A stretch of 64,000 nt of DNA, from positions 21,868-85,867 of the forward strand of contig JAQGDQ010000874.1 of NCBI GenBank assembly GCA_030141605.1. The letters are read 5' to 3'. The translations under genes and the position numbers were made by a program. The notes beneath the pieces were generated by a model. It saw nothing but the letters and a program-made list of their open reading frames with translations. It had not been told where the DNA came from and searched no databases. This document shows, piece by piece, positions 18,245-31,500 of the stretch (positions within the stretch are counted from its first letter, which is position 1; every line of letters begins with the position of its first letter). The stretch is from Tubiluchus corallicola. Taxonomy: Eukaryota > Animalia > Priapulida.

Positions 18245-18489
18245 TAGAGTTAAAGGAAGACAAAATGATTTTTCATATACTACCCCATTTTCAAGTACGG
18301 TAAAAATACACATTTTAACACATATAATAATGCCAAACCGTTTCTGGTAATTAATACGTTAAAAACTTAATTAACGACGGGCGAGCCCAGCTAGTGATGA
18401 CTAGTGATACTACGTCATTAGAGATAGTATGTTTTAAATTTATGCTTTATAGGCAGTACTTTGCAAATTTCTTTGTCATATTTTTCTAA

Positions 18490-18848
18490 GTTTAAGTGAT
18501 GCTAGTGATAAATAAATCCAACACACTGAATGACTTGTTCTTTCCTTTAGCACACCACAAACAGTTTAAGTGATGGGAGTGATAAATAAATCCAACACAC
18601 TGAGAGTCTTGTTCTTTCCTTTAGCACACCACAAACAGTTTAAGTGATGATAGTAGCGATAAATAAATCCAACACACTGAGTGACTTGTTCTTTCCTTTA
18701 GCACACCACAAACAGTTTAAGTGATGATAGTGATAAATAAATCCAACACACTGAGGGACTTCTTCTTTCCTTCAGCACACCACAAACAGTTTAAGTGATG
18801 ACAGTGATAAATAAATCCAACACACTGAGTGACTTGTTTTTTCCTTTA
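18490..18848. repeat. ~74-bp minisatellite (about 5 copies)
   Basis: Unit gtttaagtgatgatagtgataaataaatccaacacactgagtgacttgttctttcctttagcacaccacaaaca. Confidence 0.9.
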
Positions 18849-19085
18849 AACAAACTTAAGAACAAAACAATTACAGATCAACTTAGGACAATTAAAAATG
18901 CCAACAAAACACCAAAAATTATAAAAAACAGTTGTATCTATTAACATATAAAAACAGTAGCCATACTATATAGCCTTGTAGCTACACTGGATTTTATATA
19001 ATGTCTAAAAACAAAAGTAAAAATGTAACAACAAAAATTAGTTTTTCATGATATGTGATAACAATATAAACAATAGATTTTATCA

Positions 19086-19561
19086 TGAAGCCACCTACAG
19101 ATCCAATGAAGCCATTACGGATCCACTGAAGCCACCTACAGATCCAATGAAGCCATTACGGATCCACTGAAGCCATTACGGATCCACTGAAGCTACCTAC
19201 AGATCCAGTGAAGCCACCTACAGATCCACTGAAGCCACCTACAGATCCAGTGAAGCCACCTACAGATCCAGTGGAGCCACCTACAGATCCAATGAAGCCA
19301 CTTATAGATCCAATGAAGCCACCTACAGATCCAGTGGAGCCACCTACAGATCCAATGAAGCCACTATGGATCCAATGAAGCCACTGACATATCCAGTGGA
19401 GCTACCTACAGATCCGTTGAAGCTACATACAGATCCAGCGAACCCACTTACAGATCCGTTGAAGCTACATACAGATTCGTGAAGCCGCCTGCAGATCCAG
19501 TGACTCCACTAGCATATTCCGTGAAGCCAACTACAGATCCGATGAAGCCACCTACAGATCC
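19086..19561. repeat. ~21-bp tandem repeat (about 22 copies) overlapping the MASTL stop codon and 3'UTR
   Basis: Unit gaagccacctacagatcca(a/g/c)t. Its reverse complement contains GAT CTG TAG, the last codons of MASTL. Confidence 0.9.
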
Positions 19562-22500
19562 ACATCTGACACCGAAAGCTGCTGAAGATTATTTCTTGCT
19601 GTGAAGAGAAACATAAAAACAAGAACTAATAAGTGCCGACTACAAGTAATCACCATAGATCCTAGAAGAACTAGAACCTTTACTCTTCACTTGCTGCATT
19701 CACCAAATAAAAAGTCCAATCTTTAATGAGTAGCACACCACAAACAGTTATTCCAAATTACGAAAAAAGGCAAAGCAACAACAACTTCAGGCATAGTAAT
19801 AAGCCTTTTCACAGTTTTCTTGCGCACATGCACACCTGCTGCAGGCCAAAGGTCACCTGTACCGCAGCAATGAGTCTTAAATACAACCGTCATATGACAC
19901 CAAAGCCGTCAGCCGCATCAGTTCAATAACGTCAGTTGTTTTACATGGACTTTACTTAATTATGCATTAGTCTGTGCGTAGAATAATTTACTAGCAGGAC
20001 CTTACTAGAAAACAAAGGAAACAAAGAACTAGGTAAGGGTCTAGCTAGCAGTTAAAACTGTTACTATTACAATAGCAGGGGCTGCGAGGCGTTGTCAAGT
20101 GTACACAAATGCGTTGTCTGGCACGCTTAACCTTTGACCTTTTCACGATCATCATCAATTGCTGGAACTGCGAAAAGGCTTATTCTGCCATCAACAATGG
20201 TCATTAAAAATACAATAATATAGTAAGTATTTCACTATTATACATACAATCACTTCACAAGGCAAACGTTCCATAAACGTATTGTAATAAAAAAATCAAA
20301 CATGTCTGGCGAAATGGGTGTTTTGTTTTAATTTCTTTGCTCTCTAGCAAAGCCCAGAACTCAGAAAACGAGAGACCTGCAAAATCACTGCGATTGGTAC
20401 AACGTATTTCAAGCAGTCTTAGACAAAAGTGACAACAGTTGTTAAACTCACCATCAAAGTAGCCAGTATCAAACTGATCGTTCGGCTGTGGAACAAACAG
20501 CGGCGTTGTCATTAACAGGTTCTCCCAGTCAACATTGGAAAACATTTCCAAAGTCTTCACACCTGCGTTAAAAATCGGTTTTAACCCTTTCTGTCCCAAA
20601 TTATTTTTCTAACAAGAAAAATTTTTTTAGCTTGGCACTTTTGTTCAGTATGTCCATCTTGTTTACACATAATAATTATTTTTTCTACCTGTGCCCGCAC
20701 GCTAAATATAGGATGTATCCCACGGGATACATTAGAATTCAATGGAAGCATAAAATGTGCTTCATTTTGCAACTGCTGATAATTTTTTAAAGTATTTAAG
20801 ACATTTAGCATGCATGCTACACTGTTCTGTACAAAGTCGTCTCTAAAGTACTGTACCTTGCACAGTTTTTTATGCAATGTAGATTTTTTAATTTGCCATT
20901 TTATCACCATTTTTAGTCTATTGTTATTGGCTTAAATCAAAATAACTATTAACAGAGCGAATAACTGTCAGTTTTAAAATTTTATTAATTTTAAAGGTAG
21001 AGAATATTCTCGTATCCCACGGGATACAACGGGTATGAAAGGGTTAAGCGATTAGACAAGAGTTAACCATTTAAGCATTAAAAATTACGTTAATTTTATA
21101 CGAAAACCGGTGAAACCAGCCACTAAACAACTAACTAATAACAAAAGCTACGTTTTCCGACCACTAGGTGGCTCTTGCGGTGGCTGAGAACCCTGCCAAA
21201 ATGTTGCATTACGTACCAGGGGTAGAGTCAGGTGCACAGTAGCAATAACGCAGAATATTTTCACGTTACTAACTAAGTTTTTTAACTAACTTTAATTATA
21301 TTATCCACCATCTATGTCACATGGGGAACAGTCATCATTTATTAATCCCAGCATGAATAGCACAATTTATAAGGTCATAACAAAACCACATTAGTGATTA
21401 AACATAAAAAATGTAGAATGTAAAAATAGAATGTAATTAAAAGCGGCGATTCTTAGTTAAAATCACTTTAAAATAGAATAAAATTTAAAGCTACTATAAT
21501 CAAAATCACACAGAAGTAGAAATAAAACAGTATTAAATTGAATTAAAGTAAAATCACACTGGCGCAAAAACTATTAGCGTCGAACTGCCCTAATGAATGT
21601 CGGTTAGCTAACGCAGCGTGAAGCTAGCCTGTTTAACACCTGGGTGAATAGAACAAGCCTGTTCTGAAGTTGCTTTGCAATGTTACGTATTTGCTTTGAT
21701 AGCTGTTTAATTAGGCGTTACGTATTCTTACACAAGAGGAGCAAGAAAGCTTAGATGCGGATTTACGTAAAACGGTTTTCAGCCAAGATGTCAAAAAATG
21801 CAAACTGAATGCAAGAACACTTCAAACCAAACAAATTTGTTTTCTAAGTTTAAGTGATGATAGTAATAAATAAATCCAACACACTGAGCCACTTGTTTTT
21901 TCCTTTAGCACACCACAAACAGTTTAAGTGATAACAGTAAAATGAACCCAACATACTGAGTGACTTGTTCTTTCCTTTAGCACACCACAAACAGTTTAAG
22001 TGATAACAGTAAAATAAACCCAACATACTGAGTGAATTGTTCTTTCCTTTAGCACACCACAAACACTTTACTGATGATAACAGTAAAATAAACCCAACAT
22101 ACTGAGTGAATTGTTCTTTCCTTTAGCACACCACAAACAATTTACAGATGATAACAGTAAAATAAACCCAACATACTGAGTGACTTGTTCTTTCCTTTAG
22201 CACACCACAAACAGTTTAAGTGATAACAGTAAAATAAACCCAACATACTGAGTGAATTGTTCTTTCCTTTAGCACACCACAAACAATTTACTGATGATAA
22301 CAGTAAAATAAACCCAACATACTGAGTGAATTGTTCTTTCCTTTAGCACACCACAAACAGTTTAAGTGATGATAGTGATAAATACATCCAACACCTTAGT
22401 TAAAACGCGTTGAAAATTTTCTTCTGTAGCTGACTTTGAAACTCGAAGCTGGTTCGAAACTCAAGGCCGGCAAACATTTTTTACATTTGATTTCAGAGCT

Positions 22501-25500
22501 AAGTTCCAAAACACTAGCAAGGAAAACTAGCAAGTTCAAATAGGGTTCCCACAGAATTTTCAAATAATTTTCCTGGATTTTGAGTATGGACATTCATACA
22601 TAATGCGTCGGCAGTTGCAGTAGTGCTAATGAAATTACACTAATCACATTAAACCTTCTTAATCTAAATCATTATTTTTGGAACAGAAATTGAAACAGGG
22701 AACCTGCCGTAGCAAAATTTTATTTGAACACGAATCACTGAGAAATATGTTTGGAAAAATATCGGTTCATGGCGATTATTTTTGCAACCCTTTCCAATTT
22801 CCCTGACTTTTCGCATGATTTTCGTCATTTCCATGATAGCTCGTATTTTCAAGGATCTTCCAGGATTTTCCGTGACCCTGGGAATCGTGTCAGAAGCATC
22901 AGTAGAGTTGGGGTCACCCGGAGCGGCCCGCAACCCCCCCCCCCGTCTAGCGATGCCACTGCACAAGACCCAAGTGTAAAATCTACTGCAACTTACTGTA
23001 CCTTTTAGCCGAGGTCTACTGGAAGGATTCATCGTAAGAAGCGTTTCAACGGCCGTGACGGCACGTCCGGAGAGGGCTTCATCCCCATCAGGCCATTCCA
23101 CTTCTACAAAAAGTCATTATTTGTACTGCTGCTTCACAAAAGTTTTTTGTTAACAAATATAACAACAATACAGGTGGTCAGTACATCAGAATTTTGCCAT
23201 AAATAAGTCTTTTCACGGTTTCGTTGTGCGCATGCACAGTTGCTGCAGGTGAGAGGTAAAGTGTGTGGGTAAAGCAAAGCCGTCTGCCACATCAGTTCAG
23301 TAACTTCAGTCGTTTTACGCAGCATTTACTTACATCATACAACACAACACAACACAACATAATATAACATTACATAACATAATATAACAATGCCGTTAAC
23401 TACAACCGTTACGTGACGTGTGTGTAAAACAAAGCCGTCTGTCGCGTCAGTTCAGTAACTTCAGTCGTTTTACATGACATTTACTTAATCGTGCAATAGT
23501 CTGTACGTAGAGTGATTTACTAACAAGATTTTGCTTGGGAACAAAAAAATGAACTAGGTAAGGTTCTAGCTAGCTGTTAAAACTGTTACTGTTATAACAG
23601 CATGGGCTGCGAGGCGTTGTCAAGTGCGCACAAATGCGTTGTCTGGTACTCTTAACCTCTGACCTTTTCACGATCATCATCGATCGTTGGAACTGTGAAA
23701 AGACTTATTAAATAACTCCATATAAGACCTGATAACCTTCAAATTTGAGTGTTGATACTTAGTTAAAGTGAAGAAAACGACTTACCTCTGCTGAGAATGT
23801 GTTGAAATACTAAATCTGGTGTTTGATCGTTAAAGGGTGGAACACCTGTCAAGAACTCATACAGGCAGACACCAAGTGCCCACCAGTCAACTTCCACACC
23901 TGTAATTAAAGGAAAACACACCTGTAATCAACGGAAGACACACCTGTAATTAAAGGAAGACACACCTGTAACTAAAGGATGACACACCTGTAATTAAAGT
24001 AAGACACACCTGTAATTAAAGGAAGACACAGCTGTAATTAAAGGAAGACACAGCTGTAATTAAAGGAAGACACACCTGTGATTAAAGTAAGACACACCTG
24101 TAATTAAAGGAAGACACACCTGTAATTAAAGGAAGACACACCTGTAATTAAAGGAAGACACAGCTGTAATTAAAGGAAGACACAGCTGTAATTAAAGGAA
24201 GACACACATGTGATTAAAGTAAGACACACCTGTAATTAAAGGAAGACACAGCTGTAATTAAAGGAAGACACACCTGTAATTAAAGGAAGACACACCTGTA
24301 ATTAAAGGAAGACACACCTGTGATTAAAGGAAGACACACCTGTAATTAAAGGAAGACACGCCTGTAACTAAAGGATGACACACCTGTAATTAAAGTAAGA
24401 CACACCTGTAATTAAAGGAAGACACACCTGTAATTAAAGGAAGACACACCTGTAATTAAAGGAAGACACACCTGTGATTAAAGGAAGACACACCTGTAAT
24501 TAAAGGAAGACACGCCTGTAACTAAAGGATGACACACCTGTAATTAAAGTAAGACACACCTGTAATTAAAGGAAGACACAGCTGTAATTAAAGGAAGACA
24601 CACCTGTAATTAAAGGAAGACACGCCTGTAACTAAAGGAAGACACAGCTGTAATTAAAGGAAGACACACCTGTAATTAAAGTAAGACACACCTGTAATTA
24701 AAGGAAGACACAGCTGTAATTAAAGGAAGACACACCTGTAATTAAAGGAAGACACACCTGTAATTAAGGAAGACACACCTGTAATTAACGGAATACACAC
24801 CTGTAATTAAAGGAAGACACACCTGTAATTAAAGGAAGACACGCCTGTAACTAAAGGATGACACACCTGTGATTAAAGTAAGACACACCTGTGATTAAAG
24901 GAAGACACACCTGTAATTAAGGAAGACACACCTGTAATTAAAGGAAGACACACCTGTAATTAAAGGAAGGCACAGCGTGATTTTTCATATCCATTTTCAA
25001 GTTAGATAAAAAGTATACATTTTAACACAATTAATACTGCAAAAGCGTTTCTGATAATTAAATAATAGATTAAAAGCTTAATTAATGGCAGCCGATCCCA
25101 GCTATTGATGACATCACAAACTAACGCAATTTTCAACAGCAAAAATATTCCACGAGCATGTTGGCACGTGTATGTGAAAGAGAAATACAGTGCTGCTGTA
25201 AGATATTCAGCGTGCTGTTCTAAAACTTGGCAAGTTTTAAGATAAAAATTCAAACTTCAAATTTACTGCTGTACTCACGCATGAGCTGTCGAACGTGTGC
25301 AGATCGTCACAAACTAATACATCTGAACTGAGAAATACAGCACTTGTTGTTTGTGCAAAACATTTCTGAAATGCAGGCGCAGGTGGCCATCTAACTAGCA
25401 AAGTGCATGTAACAGCGAAGAATTAGTGGCGCGAACTCAAAATTGTGTTTACGCGTTAATAATTCTTTCATGCAAGTCATTTTTGAAAAAACAGTGCAGT

Positions 25501-28500
25501 TTACAAGGCTGTTTTTCTTTGAGGATTTAGATTTTGGGACGGCACGATGTCAGGGCTGGATGATGACCTTCTGGGGCCCCTGGGCTAATTAAATTATGGG
25601 GGCTTCTCAGACAGAGATGCCCACTAACTCGCCCAAACTCATCTGGAATATTTTTTACTCGTGATATGTTCACGATTTTACATAAATTTGAAGTAAACTT
25701 ATTGGCAAATTCCTTAAATAACCTAGAATAGCTATCATTTCATTTGTTTGTCAATAAAAATATTGTTTAAGAAATGCTACTATTTTATGAACTATGAACT
25801 ATGAATTTTATTTCACACATCAAAATACAATATTATACACATAAATAAACAATAAATAAAATGATTGGAGTAGTGTGAGGTGAGTGTACGACCATACAGT
25901 CATTAACACACTCACCTTACTTAAATGAAAAAGTTATGCATGCTTTTTTAGATGACTCAATTCAATGAAATTGATGTAATAAAGTAAATGATGTAATAAT
26001 AGTAAGGAAACATAAGGACAACATAATAGGGAATTACGATTTTGATATGAATATTGAAATAATTTTGAAATAAAGTAAATGCTGTAATAATAGCAAGGAA
26101 ACATTAGAAAAACATAATATGGAATTACGATTTTGATATGAATATTGAAATAATTATGAAATAAAGTAAATGATGTAATAATAGCAAGTATTTTACTATC
26201 CTAACTTTGTATTTGTTCAAGTAAACAATGTACCATGTTCGTTGCCCAGTAACAATTCTGGTGCTAGGTAATCTGGCGTGCCCAGGACGCGAGTGCACCG
26301 ATCGCGAGGTTCGGGACCTCGACGGACGCTCTTCGGGGTCCGGAATGGACTCTTGTGCTTGTACACGCATCCGGGGGTCCGGAATGGACTCTTGTGCTTG
26401 TACACGCATCCGGGGGTTTGCTGCAAGACCTACAACAACGAACAAATTATCGTTACGATAACTTATCAAAATGCAAACTGTAGGGAATTTCGCTAAGTAT
26501 CTCGCTGGTCACGTGACCACGGGCACTCACCTGTGCAGATCTGTTTCTACCTGGGCAAGTGAGTTAGTTGGCAGACGTTAACAGGCTTCTTTAAAAGTAG
26601 TTTTTCACAGTATGATAGTGATAATTTGTCAGATATATTGGTAAATACTAGATTTGCTGTATGGAGACATTCGATGTAAGCAAATACGTCACTTTGCATT
26701 TTTTTGAATGAACCGATCACTTTGAGCATTTTAGTTTATTGAATGACAATCTTATAAATTCGATAGAACGTGGTATAAATTAGTAAAATTACCAAATTAG
26801 GTTTACTTAATGTTTGTGTTTAGTAAAGTCTAGAACTACAGAATTTAATGCAGATTTGTAAAATAGCTTTTTTTTATTTTCTTTTTTCAATAGAAATGAA
26901 GTATAAAACTCTACAATATGGCGGACATTGAATGTAGTACATATACACTCGGGAATTTACTGACATATATATATATATAATGAGATTGAGTCCAAACAAT
27001 CGTCCGGTCTTCATTTAACATAAATCGTTTTGGCAGAAACCGAAAAATCTAGTTCGTTGATAAAGATGATCTTCTAAGATGAGGTACTGAGTTGCAGTAA
27101 TGTCCTAGCCTTATAAGTTTTGGAGGCCATATAAAACGGACTTTCAGACCAGAAGCAGCATGTATGTTTTAGTTGAAACAGCAAACACTTTCATGACAAT
27201 CACCCATCTAATTACTAATTAGGCATAGGTGTTTTCCCGACAGCTTAATTAGAATTGTGGGTATGTTTTGCATACACATATATTAAATAAATCTATATGT
27301 ATAACGTGTGCTTGCATAGCAAAATCGTCCGGAATTCGGCATTGAGTTTCACAGGTTATTCACACGTCATTGATCTCAATTTCATGAGGATCATTTTGAC
27401 GCATCTGCACAACAGCCGTCCATTATGGAAGTCACCGGACAAGCAGTTGTACTTGAGTCTCTATCTAGATAGTTTGTAAGATCATACGTTATTTCTAAGC
27501 TGAGATAATCCACGTTGAAGTTGAGGTGTTGAGTTGGGTTGAATCTTGAAAAACTCACTGTTAAAGTCAGCCATTGCTTCTACAAAACACTTAGCAATCA
27601 CGCAAATGTTGGTTGCTACGGACTTTGCAACAACACATTGAAGTTATGTTTAAATCCAGTAGATGATTCTTCCTGATGAAGATCTGGGCTTGGCAACAGA
27701 AAAAGCTGCACATCTGCACAAGAGCTGTCCATAATGGAAGTCACCGGCCAAGCAGTTGTACTTGAGGAACCACTTTAAAATAGGATCTTCAGACTTCCTG
27801 GCCTAATCTTTCAAAGTCAGCTATGCAAAGTATGGGCCCTTCAAGCCTGAGAGGTCCTAGACTACAACCTAAACTGGCCCATAGAGTAATCCAGTCTTCT
27901 GCATATGTAGTCGAGTAAAGGAAGTGTTTATTGAGAGGTCCTAGACTACAGCCTAAACTGGCCCATAGAGTAACCCAGTCTTCTACATATGTAGTCGAGT
28001 AAAGGAAGTGTTTATTGAGAGGTCCTAGACTACAGCCTACACTGGCCCATAGAGTAATCCAGTCTTCTGCATATGTAGTCGAGTAAAGGAAGTGTTTATT
28101 GAGGGGTCCTAGACTACAGCCTAAACTGGCCCATAGAGTAATCCAGTCTTCTACACATGTAGTCGAGTAAAGGAAGTGTTTATTGAGGGGTCCTAGCTAC
28201 AGCCTAAACTGGGCCATAGAGTAACCCAGTCTTCTGCATATGTAGTCGAGTAAAGGAAGTGTTTATTGAGGGGTTCTAGACTACAGCCTAAACTGGCCCA
28301 TAGAGTAACCCAGTCTTCTGCATATGTAGTCGAGTAAAGGAAGTGTTTATTGAGGGGTCCTAGACTACAGCCTAAACTGGCCCATAGAGTAATCCAGTCT
28401 TCTGCATATGTAGTCGAGTAAAGGAAGTGTTTATTGAGGGGTCCTAGCTACAGCCTAAACTGGCCCATAGAGTAACCCAGTCTTCTGCATATGTAGTCGA

Positions 28501-31500
28501 GTAAAGGAAGTGTTTATTGAGGGGTCCTAGACTACAGCCTAAACTGGCCCATAGAGTAACCCAGTCTTCTACATATGTAGTCGAGTAAAGGAAGTGTTTA
28601 TTGAAGGCTCCTAGACTACAACCTAAACTGGCCCATAGAGTAACCCAGTCTTCTGCATATGTAGTCGAGTAAAGGAAGTGTTTATTGAGAGGTCCTAGAC
28701 TACAGTCTAAACTGGCCCATAGAGTAACCCAGTCTTCTGCATATGTAGTCGAGTAAAGGAAGTGTTTATTGAGGGGTCCTAGACTACAACCTAAACTGGC
28801 CCATAGAGTAACCCAGTCTTCTGCATATGTAGTCGAGTAAAGGAAGTGTTTATTGAGAGGTCCTAGACTACAGCCTAAACTGGCACATAGAGTAATCCAG
28901 TCTTCTACATATGTAGTCGAGTAAAGGAAGTGTTTATTGAGGGGTCCTAGACTACAGCCTAAACTGGCCCATAGAGTAATCCAGTCTTCTTCATATGTAG
29001 TCGAGTAAAGGAAGTGTTTATTGAGGGGTCCTAGACTACAGCCTAAACTGGCCCATAGAGTAATCCAGTCTTCTGCATATGTAGTCGAGTAAAGGAAGTG
29101 TTTATTGAGGGGTCCTAGACTACAGCCTAAACTGGCCCATAGAGTAATCCAGTCTTCTGCATATGTAGTCGAGTAAAGGAAGTGTTTATTGAGGGGTCCT
29201 AGACTACAGCCTAAACTGGCCCATAGAGTAATCCAGTCTTCTACATATGTAGTCGAGTAAAGGAAGTGTTTATTGAGGGGTCCTAGACTACAGCCTAAAC
29301 TGGCCCATAGAGTAATCCAGTCTTCTACATATGTAGTCGAGTAAAGGAAGTGTTTATTGAGGGGTCCTAGACTACAGCCTAAACTGGCCCATAGAGTAAT
29401 CCAGTCTTCTGCATATGTAGTCGAGTAAAGGAAGTGTTTATTGAGGGGTCCTAGACTACAGCCTAAACTGGCCCATAGAGTAATCCAGTCTTCTACATAT
29501 GTAGTCGAGTAAAGGAAGTGTTTATTGAGGGGTCCTAGACTACAGCCTAAACTGGCCCATAGAGTAATCCAGTCTTCTGCATATGTAGTCGAGTAAAGGA
29601 AGTGTTTATTGAGGGGTCCTAGACTACAGCCTAAACTGGCCCATAGAGTAACCCAGTCTTCTGCATATGTAGTCGAGTAAAGGAAGTGTTTATTGAGAGG
29701 TCCTAGACTACAGCCTAAACTGGCACATAGAGTAATCCAGTCTTCTACATATGTAGTCGAGTAAAGGAAGTGTTTATTGAGGGGTCCTAGACTACAGCCT
29801 AAACTGGCCCATAGAGTAATCCAGTCTTCTACATATGTAGTCGAGTAAAGGAAGTGTTTATTGAGGGGTCCTAGACTACAGCCTAAACTGGCCCATAGAG
29901 TAATCCAGTCTTCTGCATATGTAGTCGAGTAAAGGAAGTGTTTATTGAGGGGTCCTAGACTACAGCCTAAACTGGCCCATAGAGTAATCCAGTCTTCTTC
30001 ATATGTAGTCGAGTAAAGGAAGTGTTTATTGAGGGGTCCTAGACTACAGCCTAAACTGGCCCATAGAGTAATCCAGTCTTCTACATATGTAGTCGAGTAA
30101 AGGAAGTGTTTATTGAGAGGTCCTAGACTACAGCCTAAACTGGCCCATAGAGTAATCCAGTCTTCTGCATATGTAGTCGAGTAAAGGAAGTGTTTATTGA
30201 GGGGTCCTAGACTACAGCCTAAACTGGCCCATAGAGTAATCCAGTCTTCTGCATATGTAGTCGAGTAAAGGAAGTGTTTATTGAGGGGTCCTAGACTACA
30301 GCCTAAACTGGCACATAGAGTAATCCAGTCTTCTGCATATGTAGTCGAGTAAAGGAAGTGTTTATTGAGGGGTCCTAGACTACAGCCTAAACTGGCCCAT
30401 AGAGTAATCCAGTCTTCTACATATGTAGTCGAGTAAAGGAAGTGTTTATTGAGGGGTCCTAGACTACAGCCTAAACTGGCCCATAGAGTAACCCAGTCTT
30501 CTGCATATGTAGTCGAGTAAAGGAAGTGTTTATTGAGGGGTCCTAGACTACAACCTAAACTGGCCCATAGAGTAATCCAGTCTTCTGCATATGTAGTCGA
30601 GTAAAGGAAGCGTTTATTGAGAGGTCCTAGACTACAGCCTAAACTGGCCCATAGAGTAACCCAGTCTTCTGCATATGTAGTCGAGTAAAGGAAGTGTTTA
30701 TTGAGGGGTCCTAGACTACAGCCTAAACTGGCCCATAGAGTAATCCAGTCTTCTGCATATGTAGTCGAGTAAAGGAAGTGTTTATTGAGGGGTCCTAGAC
30801 TACAGCCTAAACTGGCCCATAGAGTAACCCAGTCTTCTGCATATGTAGTCGAGTAAAGGAAGTGTTTATTATGTAAACAAAAAGTTATTTAAAAATAATA
30901 ATAATAAGATGGCTGATCTTGAACGAGTCATTAATTAACAAATGATTAATTTAACAATTTTCTCTTTTAATTCATTAACCTTCATAGAGTGAAAATTGAA
31001 GACTAATCTGCATCTGACTGTTTTGTGATTTGTCTATGGCAAAACTTAACACGCCTCGTTATAATGTCAACTTTCTTCCAGTCCGAAGGAGGGTGGCATA
31101 AAGTGCTTCAACTACAGTCGACCCTCGTTAAACCGGACCCCGTTAGCCCGGATATCGGATAAGACGGACGTCATCCGTGGTAAAGGAAACTGACTGATTT
31201 CCGTCCGAGCCGGAGCGCTAAACACAACACGGCCTAACAACTGTACAATAATTTCTTTATCCTCACAGGTTAACTATTTTAAAGTAATATACAGTATAGC
31301 ATATAGTGCAATGTATATAGGCTTTATTAAGGTGATTATTCCTGTATAATATTGACCATATATAGGCATATCGGATAAATCGGACAATCGGCTAAACCGG
31401 ACCACACCCCCAATTATTCCTGTTTAACGAGGGTTGACTGTATATGGTATATTTCCTAACCTTAGACAATGTATGTCTACAGCTCAGAGCTGGGCTGTTT

